Below, in pieces: positions 17,721 through 27,838 of a DNA stretch of 49,665 nt; position 1 is the stretch's first letter; each line of letters begins with the position of its first letter. The notes beneath the pieces are model-generated. The model had not been told where the DNA came from. It made no database searches and saw only the letters and a list, made by a program, of their open reading frames with translations. The stretch covers positions 1 through 49,665 of the forward strand of contig CALKEP010000047.1 of the NCBI GenBank assembly GCA_938084645.1. The letters are read 5' to 3'. A program made the translations under genes and the position numbers. This stretch comes from an uncultured Phycisphaerales bacterium. Lineage in GTDB: Bacteria; Planctomycetota; Phycisphaerae; Phycisphaerales; SM1A02.

Positions 17721-19565
17721 TCAGCGGGCCCCCAGCCGTGCCGCCGCCCGGATCGTGGGCACGCCGATGGCACCGGCTCCGAGCACCATCAGGAGGCCCT
17801 CGGTGGGGCGACCGAGGAGCAGCCAGCCGATCCCGACGATCGCCATCCAGATCCCCCCGGTCCCGAGTCCGGCCCAGAGTATCGGCACGAGGATCCCCCG
17901 AGGCTCGGGCTCGCCGACTCGACGAGCGAAGCCTCGCCAACCCGGTCCACCCGGCTTGACCGCCGCGAGGAACCGAACCAGCCGGGCGTCGCTTGCCGGT
18001 CGACTGAGCAGGGTGGCCGGTATCCACACCGCGGCGGAGGCGATCGTGACTGCGAGAAGCCGAGGGCCGAAGAGGTCGTCCGAACCCTCCGCGGGGACCG
18101 CGAGCGGCCCGAATCGAACCAGCAGGTTCCCCACCAGGAGCGAGGTTGCCATCGCCGCGATCTCGCTCCACGCCGTCGTTCGCCACCAGTACCAGCGGAG
18201 GATGAGGACCGGCGCGGTGCCGGCCGCGATGACCCCCAGGTACTTGTAGAGCTTGATGATGTCGTCGAATCCACTCGCCACCAGAAGCACCAGAACGAGC
18301 ACCGGGATGGCGAGCGCCCTCGCCTTCCAGACCTCGCCGGCTCCTCCCCCGTCCCCCGATCCCGAGGCCGGCTCGACCTCCCGCCGAAGCAGGCGACGGG
18401 TCGGCCGAAGCACGTCGTTGAGCAGATACGCGGAGGAGAGGTTCACGTGTGTGTCGACGGTGCTCATGAACGCCCCGAGCATCGCGACCACCAGCAATCC
18501 CCGGAAGCCGGGGCCGAGGTGATTTCGGATCATCCACGGAAAGGCGTCCTTGTCCGGAATCGCCGCGACCCAGGCCCCTTCGGCGGCGTCGAACGTCGTT
18601 GGAACGAGCACGATCGAGGCAAGGGCGACGATGATCCACGGCCATGGCCGCAGCACGTAATGGGCGATGGTGAACCAGGCCAGCGCGAGCGCGCCGTCCC
18701 GCGGGGAACGCGTCGCCAGCAGCCGCTGCGCAAGCGCCCCATGACCGGGAACCCGGGCCCACCAGTTCAGCGTGAAGAATGCGATCGCGGTCGCCATCGC
18801 GGCGCCATCCGCGGTCGACGGCGCGAGATCGGTGGCGTTCGCGGGCGCCCATGGCGTCGCGTCGAGCCGCTCGATCAACACGTCCAGACCGCCGAGATCG
18901 GTCACCACCGTGATCGCGAGCACCACCGACCCCACCATCGCGAGGATGAACTGCGGCAGGTCCGACCACGCGACGCCGTAGAGCCCGGACAGCATCGAAT
19001 AGCCGAGGGTCGCGATCGCGAGGGCCGCAACGAGTCCGGTCGCGGCGTCGAGCCGGAACCCGCCGATCTCGATGACCGCATCCGCGGGGATGCCGAGCAT
19101 CACCCGCACGATCGTGGCCATGCCGATGGTGACCGATGCCAGCACCACGCCGTTGACCAGCAATCCCTGCCAGAGCCCTTCGACGATCCTCAGGATTCGC
19201 GCCGAAATCCCTTCGTAGCGGGTCGTGATGAACTCGACGTCGGTGAGCAGCGCACTCCGTCGCCACAACGGCGCGAAGAGGAACACACCGGCCGCGTGCC
19301 CCGCCGCCATCGACCACCACCACCAGTTCTCGCCGATCCCGCCCTGCCGGACCAGCGACACCACCTGGAGCGGCGTGTCGCTCGAGAACGTCGTGGCGAC
19401 GATCGAGGTTCCCGCGACCCACCACGGAAGCGAGCGCCCGGCGAGGAAGTACCCGCCGGTGCTGGAGGAACCTCGCCGTGCGAAGAAGATCCCGATGGCG
19501 AGGACCAGACCGAGGTAACCCGCGATCACCACCCAGTCGGTGGCGACGAGGACCGAACCGGTCAT
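17721..19565 (-). CDS. Sodium:solute symporter family transporter
   Basis: YFLAGRSLPWW, SIVATTFSSDTPL, GGIGENWWWW, QRLLA and AFMST motifs; many TM segments. Confidence 0.9.
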   Translation of the reverse strand: MTGSVLVATDWVVIAGYLGLVLAIGIFFARRGSSSTGGYFLAGRSLPWWVAGTSIVATTFSSDTPLQVVSLVRQGGIGENWWWWSMAAGHAAGVFLFAPLWRRSALLTDVEFITTRYEGISARILRIVEGLWQGLLVNGVVLASVTIGMATIVRVMLGIPADAVIEIGGFRLDAATGLVAALAIATLGYSMLSGLYGVAWSDLPQFILAMVGSVVLAITVVTDLGGLDVLIERLDATPWAPANATDLAPSTADGAAMATAIAFFTLNWWARVPGHGALAQRLLATRSPRDGALALAWFTIAHYVLRPWPWIIVALASIVLVPTTFDAAEGAWVAAIPDKDAFPWMIRNHLGPGFRGLLVVAMLGAFMSTVDTHVNLSSAYLLNDVLRPTRRLLRREVEPASGSGDGGGAGEVWKARALAIPVLVLVLLVASGFDDIIKLYKYLGVIAAGTAPVLILRWYWWRTTAWSEIAAMATSLLVGNLLVRFGPLAVPAEGSDDLFGPRLLAVTIASAAVWIPATLLSRPASDARLVRFLAAVKPGGPGWRGFARRVGEPEPRGILVPILWAGLGTGGIWMAIVGIGWLLLGRPTEGLLMVLGAGAIGVPTIRAAARLGAR

Positions 19566-20728
19566 GCGAGGAGGGCCCGGACCCGACCGAGTCGATCGAT
19601 CGCTTCGGCAAGCACCTCCGGCTGCTTGCAGAACGCGAACCGGATCGGGCCGCTCCGGCCCGCGTGGTCGAAGGACGAGGTGGGGATCGCGGCGACGCCG
19701 ATTTCCCGCACCAGTCGCTCGCAGAACGCGCGATCGTCGGTGATGCCGAGCGGCGCGGTCTCCACCAGCGTGAAGTAGGTTCCCTCGGGAACGATCGGCT
19801 CGAGCCCGACCGAACGAAGCCCCTCCACGAGTTGATCACGTCGCGCCCGGTAGTCGGCGATGAACTCGTCGAAATAGGCGTCGGGAAGCCCGAGCGCCGT
19901 GGCGGTCCCGACCTGGAGCGGTGTCGCCACGCTGAAGATCGTGAACTGGTGCGCCGCCTGGATCGCCTCGGTCAACGCGGGCGACGCCACCGTCCAGCCG
20001 ACCTTCCAGCCGGTCAACGAAAACGACTTGCCGACGCCGGAGGCGATGATCGCGCGTGAGCGAAGTCCCGGCCGCATCCAGGCGGGCCGATGCGGCCGCT
20101 TGAAGGTCAGCGTCTCGTACACCTCGTCGCTGATGAGAATCACGTCATGCCGCTCGCAGAACGCCTCGATCACGTCCCACTCGTCCTCGTCGAACACCCG
20201 TCCCGTCGGATTGTGCGGCGAGTTGACCACCAGCACCCGCGTCCGCGCGGTCACCACCGCTTCGAGCATCGCCGCCTCGAGGCGATACCCCGGCGCCACG
20301 GGCGTCACGAATCGACACCGCCCACCCGCCATCGCGACGGCGGCGGGATAGCAGTCGTACCACGGCTCGACGAGCACGACCTCGTCGCCGGGCTCGAGCA
20401 GACCCAGCATCGCATCGGCGATCGCGCCGGTGCATCCACTGGTCACGGTCACTTCCGAATCCGGATCGACGCGAAGCCCGTACCGCCGGTCGAACCAGTC
20501 CGCGATCGCCCGCCTCAGGATTGGAAGGCCGGCGAGCGGCGCGTACTGGTTCGGCCCGTCCCGGACGGCGCGGGCCGCGGACTCGAGGACCTCGGACGGT
20601 CCGTCGAAATCCGGGAATCCCTGCCCGAGGTTGATCGCGTCGTGCCGGGCGGCGAGGGCCGACATCTCCGAGAAGATCGAGGTGCCGAAGGGTCGGAGAC
20701 GGGTCGCGATCCTGCTCGAGTCGCTCAC
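19562..20728 (-). CDS. PLP-dependent class I/II aminotransferase (YbdL/kynurenine aminotransferase-like)
   Basis: TSIFSEMSALA..HDAINLGQGFPD, NSPHNPTG, SDEVY and GKSFSLTGWKVG motifs. The GTG start overlaps the upstream stop. Confidence 0.92.
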   Translation of the reverse strand: MSDSSRIATRLRPFGTSIFSEMSALAARHDAINLGQGFPDFDGPSEVLESAARAVRDGPNQYAPLAGLPILRRAIADWFDRRYGLRVDPDSEVTVTSGCTGAIADAMLGLLEPGDEVVLVEPWYDCYPAAVAMAGGRCRFVTPVAPGYRLEAAMLEAVVTARTRVLVVNSPHNPTGRVFDEDEWDVIEAFCERHDVILISDEVYETLTFKRPHRPAWMRPGLRSRAIIASGVGKSFSLTGWKVGWTVASPALTEAIQAAHQFTIFSVATPLQVGTATALGLPDAYFDEFIADYRARRDQLVEGLRSVGLEPIVPEGTYFTLVETAPLGITDDRAFCERLVREIGVAAIPTSSFDHAGRSGPIRFAFCKQPEVLAEAIDRLGRVRALLA

Positions 20729-23700
20729 GCCTCGGCGCCCGGCGGCGACTCGGTTCGGTCGCCATCGTCGCGCTTCGCGGCGGGCTCGATGGCCGCACCA
20801 CCGATCATGGTGACCCGGATGTCCCGCTGCGGGAACGGAATCGTCACCCCGGCTTCGTCGAACCGCCGCTTCACGTCGGTGTTGATCCAGGTTCGCGTCT
20901 CCACGAGCCGGTCGGTGGTCGGGATGAAGACCCGGAGTTCGAAGTTCATGGAACTCTCGCCGAACCCGTTGAAGTTCACCGTCGGTTCGGGTTCCTCGAG
21001 GACGTGCGGCGCTGCGCGCCCGGCGTCGAGCAGGATGGCCGCGACCTTCTCGGGGTCCTCGCCGTAGGAGACACCGACCGCAAGGACCACGCGAATGCTG
21101 GTTTCCCCCTGGGACCAGTTGATGACCTCCTGCGTGATCAGCATCTTGTTCGGGACCATCAGGACCTTGTTGTCCCAGTCGGTGATCGCCGTCGACCGCA
21201 TCCGCACGGTGGTGATCCGGCCCGTCGTCCCCCCGACCGTCACCATGTCGCCGACCCGGACCGGTTGCTCGAAGAGAATGATGATCCCGGAGATGAAGTT
21301 GGCGAAGATCTCCTGCAGGCCGAACCCCAGTCCCACCGTGAAACCGGCCGCAAGCCACTGCACGCTGTCCCAGGTGACACCGAGCATCGCGACCCCCGCC
21401 GCGAGGCCCCCGAATCCGATCGCCCAACGGACGATCTGGACCGCGGCGTAGCGGTTCCCCACCCCCACCCGGAATCGATCGAGCAGGAGCAGGCCGAGGA
21501 GGTAGGGAATGTGGCGGGCCGCGTACATGGCGAAGCCGATGGTGAAGACGGCCGCCCCGACGTCGCGGAGCGTGATCGGCTGGGCGATCGTCGTCTGGAC
21601 GAGCGCCCCGTCCTCGTTCGCCACCAGCGACTCGATCGCCCGGCTCCAGAGCACGATCCCATCCCCGAACTGCAGGGCGGGGAGCACCGGCGACCACAGG
21701 AACCACAGACCCGTCGCCAGCAACACGAAGACCGTGAAACCGATGGCCCCCTGCGTCTGTCCGCTGAGCGTCTCGAGATTGACCTCCTGTTCGGTGATGT
21801 CCTCACCTTCCGCCTCCTGCCGGCGCAGCGCCAGCACCTGAACCCGCTGCCGACAGGTCAACAGTCTGAGCAGAAGCTCCCGCGCGATCATCAGGACGGC
21901 GATGAACATGATGCTGAGGATCAGCACCCGCTGGAGCAGGAGAATCGTGGCGTACCAGCCCGCGACGGAGAGAATCCCCACCGTGATCAGGATGCCGGTG
22001 ACGATCAGCAGCGGAAGCCAGGGCGCCTGCGCGACTCTGGAGTCGGGCTGATCGACGATGGTGCTGGCGAAGAGCCCCTTGACCGGATTGAGCAGGATGT
22101 ACCCGGTCACGATGAAGCAGAGCGGAAGGACACCGTAGAAGAGCCGTCCCGCATCCGGCAGGTCGAGGGCTCCAGCGTTGCACATGCGGTCCATGAAACC
22201 GATCGGCACGGTCACCAGAAGGGGAATCATCGCGGCCCGGATCGCGCGTCTCGTGGTCTGCGGCCATCGGAAGTGCCGTTCGGCGAGCCCCTCGGGACGC
22301 ACGATCGAGTAGATGGTTCCCAACCAGAGCAGATACCACGCCGCCATCTCGCTGTTCCGGCCGACGATGGTCGCGAAGTCGTTCCCGATCCGGACGTCCG
22401 CGAGCAGCGAGCCGAAGACCAGTACCGGCACCGCGAGTGTCGCGCCGTGCAGGAACGCCAGCAGGAGACACACGATCGTCTCCCGAAAATGGTCGGTCGA
22501 GGGACGGGTGACCCGAACGCCCGACAGCACGATTCGCGCCGCGATCCGTTGACGGAGCGCAAGCATCGCCAACGGAAACGACACCCCGAACAGAAGGGCG
22601 AGCGGACGCTGGACCGCCGCATCACCGAACGCCTCGAGGAGGCCGAGCCATCGGGACGGCCGGAAGAGTTCGCCGGTCTCGGTGATGGTTCGGCCGAGGA
22701 ACCCGGGCTTGAACGCCCTCACGTCGCGGATCCAGAGCGTCTCGCGCAACACCAGCTCCCGATATCGCTTGCTCAGCGTCGCCAGCGCCAGATCGACGTC
22801 GACGAGGGTTGCGAGCGTCTGGAGCTCCTCGTTGACCGCCGCAAGCAGCGGCTGCCCGAACTGGTCCAGCCGGGCCTCGTAGACCCGAACGAGCTCCTCG
22901 ACCACCGGTTCGGCCTGGGGCCCGTCGAGCCCCGCGGCCATCGCCACCGAAACGGCGAATCGATTTGGATCGGCCAGTGCATCGAGCCCGTCGAGCAGGA
23001 GCACGCGATCGAGATCGAGGTCCGACCGCATGACCCTGAGTTCGCGGACCCGACGCATCAACTCCTGCTCGTCGGGGAAATCCGAAAGACGCTTCCGAAG
23101 CAACTCGGCGACCTCGGGCGTGACTCGACCGCGGAACTTGGCGTCGTCGTTCTCGACCCGCGCCTTGAGCCGATTGAGCAGGCCCTGCTGCCTGTCGAGC
23201 TCGGCGAGAAGCGAGTCTCGTTTGGCGACGACCGCAGCCAGGCTCATCGCCATCCGTTCGTTCTCTCGAGCCTCCGCCCTGGCGATCGGCGACACCAGCG
23301 CCTCCGCGACCGCCGCAGCCTCGGCCCGCGTCACCTCCGCGTCGAGAATCCGTCTCTTCGAGACCCGCGCCATCCAGGCTTCCATTGTCCGGTCGACGCG
23401 GGCGAGAATCTGGATCCGGGCCCTGCGCTCGATTCGAAGCACGTCGTCCGAATCGGTGTAGAACCGCTCTTCAGCCTCCAGGGCCTCGATCTGCGCCCGA
23501 TACTTTCGACGCTGAATCTGCTCGAACGGTGTCAGATCGGATCGCGACTCGAGCGAGAGAAGGCCCGCTTCCGCCTCGGAGATGAGTTTCGGGATCTGGA
23601 CGCGACGATCCCGCCGACGAGCCTGCTCCTCGTTGACCTCCGACAGCGCCTGCGAAGCGACACGGCTGGCGGCTTGCGCGGCGTCGACACCGGTCGCGAA

Positions 23701-24129
23701 CGCCTCGTCATCGAGATCCGATGGAATGTCCGGGTTGACATACGGTTTCGTGGATTCTTCGAGCAGCGCCTTCGCGCGGGCCCTCGACTCGACGATCGCC
23801 CGCGTCTTGTCCTGATAACCCATGACCCGCTTTTGGGCGGCGAGCGTGTCACTGAGATCACGAAGTCGTTGTTGAAGCGACTCGATCTTCGCGTCGTTCG
23901 GGCTTTTTTCCGCCTTGGCCTCCGCAATCGCCTTGTTGACGCTCTCGATCTCGTCGGAAAGCGGGGATGGTGCATCAACGCCTTTCCCCTGATCGACGAC
24001 CTTGGGAGGCTCGGCCTCCTGGACCGACTCCGCGGACGCGGGCGCCCCCGCCAGGCACACGACCGAGACGACCACCCCCACGACGACCGAAGCGAGGCGA
24101 TCACCGATGGAAGGGACCCCCGGGAGCAT
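20725..24129 (-). CDS. Large MscS-family mechanosensitive channel (MscK/KefA-like)
   Basis: Signal peptide, periplasmic coiled coil and multiple TMs, then GLGFGLQEIFANFISG, PVRVGD, VPNK and IPFPQRD. Start uncertain. Confidence 0.9.
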   Translation of the reverse strand: MLPGVPSIGDRLASVVVGVVVSVVCLAGAPASAESVQEAEPPKVVDQGKGVDAPSPLSDEIESVNKAIAEAKAEKSPNDAKIESLQQRLRDLSDTLAAQKRVMGYQDKTRAIVESRARAKALLEESTKPYVNPDIPSDLDDEAFATGVDAAQAASRVASQALSEVNEEQARRRDRRVQIPKLISEAEAGLLSLESRSDLTPFEQIQRRKYRAQIEALEAEERFYTDSDDVLRIERRARIQILARVDRTMEAWMARVSKRRILDAEVTRAEAAAVAEALVSPIARAEARENERMAMSLAAVVAKRDSLLAELDRQQGLLNRLKARVENDDAKFRGRVTPEVAELLRKRLSDFPDEQELMRRVRELRVMRSDLDLDRVLLLDGLDALADPNRFAVSVAMAAGLDGPQAEPVVEELVRVYEARLDQFGQPLLAAVNEELQTLATLVDVDLALATLSKRYRELVLRETLWIRDVRAFKPGFLGRTITETGELFRPSRWLGLLEAFGDAAVQRPLALLFGVSFPLAMLALRQRIAARIVLSGVRVTRPSTDHFRETIVCLLLAFLHGATLAVPVLVFGSLLADVRIGNDFATIVGRNSEMAAWYLLWLGTIYSIVRPEGLAERHFRWPQTTRRAIRAAMIPLLVTVPIGFMDRMCNAGALDLPDAGRLFYGVLPLCFIVTGYILLNPVKGLFASTIVDQPDSRVAQAPWLPLLIVTGILITVGILSVAGWYATILLLQRVLILSIMFIAVLMIARELLLRLLTCRQRVQVLALRRQEAEGEDITEQEVNLETLSGQTQGAIGFTVFVLLATGLWFLWSPVLPALQFGDGIVLWSRAIESLVANEDGALVQTTIAQPITLRDVGAAVFTIGFAMYAARHIPYLLGLLLLDRFRVGVGNRYAAVQIVRWAIGFGGLAAGVAMLGVTWDSVQWLAAGFTVGLGFGLQEIFANFISGIIILFEQPVRVGDMVTVGGTTGRITTVRMRSTAITDWDNKVLMVPNKMLITQEVINWSQGETSIRVVLAVGVSYGEDPEKVAAILLDAGRAAPHVLEEPEPTVNFNGFGESSMNFELRVFIPTTDRLVETRTWINTDVKRRFDEAGVTIPFPQRDIRVTMIGGAAIEPAAKRDDGDRTESPPGAEA

Positions 24130-24191
24130 CTCGTCCGGGACGGCCGACGCTTCTCGCAAGGTTCCGAACCGTTGATGACGTCCTGCGTGCT

Positions 24192-24932
24192 TCAGTGGTG
24201 GATGTCCTTTGGAATCCCGGCGTTCACACGCTCGACCGGCACGAGATAGGACGCCACGTTCTCGGCGAATCGCGAACCCATGCGCTCGATCGATTCCGCT
24301 TCGTCCCGGACTGCCGCCTTGATGCCGCCATAGTCGGCGGTCGGATTGAGATGTTCCGCGGGGTCGTCGCAGAGTTCGGTGATTCGCGTCGCCGTCCATT
24401 CCGGGTGGAACTGAACGCCGTAGGCGAAGACGCCGTGGGCGAACGCCTCCACGCCACACGCCTCACTCTTCGCCAGCAGCCTCGCCTCGGGCGGAAGGGC
24501 CGTGATCTCATCCTGATGCCAGGCCGGCCAGGTGGCGTACCAGGGCAGGCCGCGGAACATCGGGTCGTCCCGGCCCGCGACCGTCATGTCCACTCGGCAC
24601 GGCCCGACGGAGGCGGACTCCATTCGAGCGACGGTTCCACCAAGGGCGCGGGCGAGCAGCTGCGCTCCGAGACAGACACCGAGGACCGGAATCTGGGCGG
24701 CGGAGGCGGCGGCGAGCAGGGCGATCTCATCGGCGATCCAGGGCAAGGAGTCATCGGTCGCGGAGTCCGATCCCCCCATCGAGAGAATGCCATCGATGCC
24801 GTCAAGATCCGCGGGGATCCGATCGCCGTCGGCAAGCCGAATGGTGCGACAGCGAAGGCCGTGTCGAAGGAGGGCTTCACCGATCAGGCCGGTGTCGCTC
24901 GCGTTGGAGTGCTGGATGACGAGAATGGGCAT
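24192..24932 (-). CDS. Type 1 glutamine amidotransferase (GMP-synthase-like GATase)
   Basis: LGVCLGAQLL nucleophile elbow, WHQD and QFHPE motifs. Confidence 0.9.
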   Translation of the reverse strand: MPILVIQHSNASDTGLIGEALLRHGLRCRTIRLADGDRIPADLDGIDGILSMGGSDSATDDSLPWIADEIALLAAASAAQIPVLGVCLGAQLLARALGGTVARMESASVGPCRVDMTVAGRDDPMFRGLPWYATWPAWHQDEITALPPEARLLAKSEACGVEAFAHGVFAYGVQFHPEWTATRITELCDDPAEHLNPTADYGGIKAAVRDEAESIERMGSRFAENVASYLVPVERVNAGIPKDIHH

Positions 24933-25080
24933 CGGGAGAAGGTACGCGGACCGGGACTCCGTCTCAACCTCATCGGAGCTCCCCACCGAAAAGGACCGTC
25001 GCCTCGGAGATTCCGCGACCGCCCCGCGATGATGCTGGATTGGCCTCTACAGTCGGGGCGGGCCGGACGACGACACCCCG

Positions 25081-27318
25081 ATGGGCGACCGAACAACGAC
25101 GGAAGGGCGGACGAAGACGCTGGCGATCGGCGTCATCGGCCTCACCAGCATGATTGCGTCGGCGGGAGACCCCGTCGCGACCGACCATCTCCAAGTCCAT
25201 TCTCGGATCACCGCTCGAGCCATGCCTCGGGTCGAGGCGAAGCAATCGGCGGTGGTCACGGAAGAGACCGTTCGAGGCATGCTCGATGCCCTCGTGGAGG
25301 TCATCCTTGAACGTCACCATCCCACCCGGCACTGGGAACCGATTCGCCCCCCGTCGGGCCAATCTCCCCAGCCCACCGGCCGAACCGCGCTCGCAGTGCT
25401 CGCCCTGCTCGATGCCGGCATTCCGGCCCAATCGCCACGGATCGCCGCCGCGATCGACTGGATGTCGACCACACCCGCCGATGGCACCTACGCGATCGCC
25501 GCCCGGCTCATGGTCTGGTGCCGACTCCCGGATTTCGACCGCGCTCGACGCCTCGAGTGCGAACGACTTCTCGAACGCTTTTCGGTGGAGGGCGGAGGCT
25601 GGGACTACGGGCCCTCCCCCCGGCTCGGTTTCATCGACCAGTCCCTCACCCAGTTCGGGCTCCAGGCGATCACCGAGGCCGCGCAGCGAGGGGCCTCGAT
25701 ACCGGCGGCGGTCTTCGATCGCGTCCGAGCCCGGTTCATCGGGACCCAGAATCCCGATGGCGGCTGGGGCTACCGACGCATCGGCGACCCATCGCGTGGG
25801 TCGATGACGGCCGCCGGGGTGGCGTCGCTCGCGATCATCGAAAAGCACCTCCCGTCCCGTCGGGACGACCGGCGAAGAATGCTGGACGCGATGACGAAGG
25901 CCGTGACCTGGCTCGAGGCCCGATTCGATGTCGAGGCCAATCCCGGATGCCCGCGCTGGCATCTGTATTGGATACACGCGATGGAGCGGGCGGCCCGGAT
26001 GACCGGTGTTCGAACCCTGGGGACACGCGACTGGTTTCAGGAATCCGCCGCGATGATCCGCCGACGACTCTTTCTGGTGGAACCTCGACACCCACCGCGC
26101 ATCCGGGGAACGCCGCGGATCGATCGCCTCGCGTTCGCGCTGCTGGTGCTCCGCCGTGGCCTCGAGCCCGTCGCCTTCGCCTGCATCGACGTCGGTGACC
26201 GACCGCCGATCGACGACCTCCTCGGCGATGCGTGCCGACTGGTCTCCGAGCATCTCGAACGCGTGACCGGGTGGATCCGAATCGACCTTGACGACCCACC
26301 GGAATCCTGGCGGCGCTTTCCGGTCCTCGTGGTCCGCTCCCCAGTCGACGCCGCGTGGCTTGCCGACCCCTCGTCGAGACTCGCTCGACGACTCGCAGCC
26401 TTCGTGGCGAGTGGCGGCGTCGTCATCGCGCTGCCGAGTTCCATCGGCCCGGGCACGCGAACATTCCCCGAGCGGGCGATCGCCGCCATCGTTCCCGAGG
26501 CTGGAAACGCGACACCACCGACCGTTGCTCGCGACGATCCGGCCCGGCGACGGGCTGGCCGGTGGCGTATCGACGCCCGACATCTCGGATCACATCTTCG
26601 TCGCTGGTGCGTGGCCGCCCGGGTTCCGCTTCGCCCCGGTGCCCTGGTCACCCGCGTGGAGACCGAACTGACGGCCATGCTGGCGTCCATCTGTCTCGAA
26701 CGGACCGCGGGACGTCTCCCCTGCAGGATCCCTCCCTCGATTGAGGGCGGATTCGATACGACGGCGGATCCCACGACGGCCGAGCATCCCATTCGCCGCG
26801 TCGACTGGTCTGGCGATGGCCTGGTCGAGCCGATGCTCCTTCACGCGTGGCAGCGATTCGGTTGCGACCCTTCACCCGAGCCTTCGCAGGACACGGACTC
26901 GACGCCAGCTTCGGAGATTCATGCCACGAACTCGATTTCGAGTTCGCACCGCCGACTGGTCTGGCTCAGCGGCATCGGTGACGCCGATCCGGCCGACCTC
27001 GGTCATCCGGACGACGTCTTCGATCCGACGCGGGAGTTCCTCGTCACGGAGGCGATGTCGCCCGAGTTCCGGGTGGCCTTCATCGCGTGGATTCGAGGTC
27101 GCGGCTGGCGGGTCGGCCTCCCGCCGGCCGGCGCGCCGCCGAGCTGTGCCGGCCTGCACCACGGCGGGCGATGCATCGGCGTTCTCATCGACGACCGTCC
27201 GGCGCGACGCCTGCTGGATCTCAAGACGCCACCGGACTTCACCGCGGCGGATCTGAAGGCGCTGCATCGGTCCATCGAGGCGGCCCGCGCGATCGACCGC
27301 CGCGAAGGGACCGAATGA
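25081..27318 (+). CDS. Hypothetical protein with prenyltransferase/squalene-cyclase-like (alpha/alpha) repeats
   Basis: GGGWDY, QNPDGGWGY, SMTAAG and YWIHAMER...DW motifs; possible signal peptide; degenerate C-terminal region. Confidence 0.65.
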   Translation: MGDRTTTEGRTKTLAIGVIGLTSMIASAGDPVATDHLQVHSRITARAMPRVEAKQSAVVTEETVRGMLDALVEVILERHHPTRHWEPIRPPSGQSPQPTGRTALAVLALLDAGIPAQSPRIAAAIDWMSTTPADGTYAIAARLMVWCRLPDFDRARRLECERLLERFSVEGGGWDYGPSPRLGFIDQSLTQFGLQAITEAAQRGASIPAAVFDRVRARFIGTQNPDGGWGYRRIGDPSRGSMTAAGVASLAIIEKHLPSRRDDRRRMLDAMTKAVTWLEARFDVEANPGCPRWHLYWIHAMERAARMTGVRTLGTRDWFQESAAMIRRRLFLVEPRHPPRIRGTPRIDRLAFALLVLRRGLEPVAFACIDVGDRPPIDDLLGDACRLVSEHLERVTGWIRIDLDDPPESWRRFPVLVVRSPVDAAWLADPSSRLARRLAAFVASGGVVIALPSSIGPGTRTFPERAIAAIVPEAGNATPPTVARDDPARRRAGRWRIDARHLGSHLRRWCVAARVPLRPGALVTRVETELTAMLASICLERTAGRLPCRIPPSIEGGFDTTADPTTAEHPIRRVDWSGDGLVEPMLLHAWQRFGCDPSPEPSQDTDSTPASEIHATNSISSSHRRLVWLSGIGDADPADLGHPDDVFDPTREFLVTEAMSPEFRVAFIAWIRGRGWRVGLPPAGAPPSCAGLHHGGRCIGVLIDDRPARRLLDLKTPPDFTAADLKALHRSIEAARAIDRREGTE

Positions 27319-27800
27319 GATGGCCTCGAGCCCTTGCCGGATGGCTCGTACGCAGGACTCGATGGGTTGAAATCCGCATGACGGCCGCGTCAAGCGACGT
27401 CGCACGCGGCGTTCGCCGGCTCCGACGAACATCGACCCCCGCTTCCACCGGGCCCGGCCGACCACATCCCACCGCCCACTGCATCGGAAGACGTGGCGAG
27501 GATCTCGCGGCCGGGGAACTCGCACGGCGGGGCATTCACGTCGTCGCCCGCAATCGACGCGTGGCGGGCGTCGAGATCGACATCCTCGGGTTCGATCGAG
27601 TTCACGACGCGTGGGTGATCGCGGAGATCAAGACGTCGGCGAGTCATGCCCGACCGGAACAGCATCTCGGATCGACGCAGCGACGTCGCCTCGAACGCGC
27701 CGGCATCCGACTGGGATTCGACGCGCGGGTCCGCATCGTGGTGGTCGCCGTCGACCTCGCATGTCGTCCGCCGCGGATCGAGATGTTCGAGGCCGGCTGA
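27315..27800 (+). CDS. YraN (UPF0102) family putative endonuclease
   Basis: GRRGEDLA, RN..VAGVEIDI and AEIKT (PD-(D/E)XK) motifs; ATGA overlap with the upstream gene. Confidence 0.78.
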   Translation: MRWPRALAGWLVRRTRWVEIRMTAASSDVARGVRRLRRTSTPASTGPGRPHPTAHCIGRRGEDLAAGELARRGIHVVARNRRVAGVEIDILGFDRVHDAWVIAEIKTSASHARPEQHLGSTQRRRLERAGIRLGFDARVRIVVVAVDLACRPPRIEMFEAG

Positions 27801-27838
27801 TCAACGATCGATGAACCGAGCCGTGCGACCCGTGGCGA

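Noticed and set aside
25081..27318. Squalene-hopene cyclase
   Set aside because: Only short GGWxY repeats are present; there is no DxDD catalytic motif and no two-barrel organisation.
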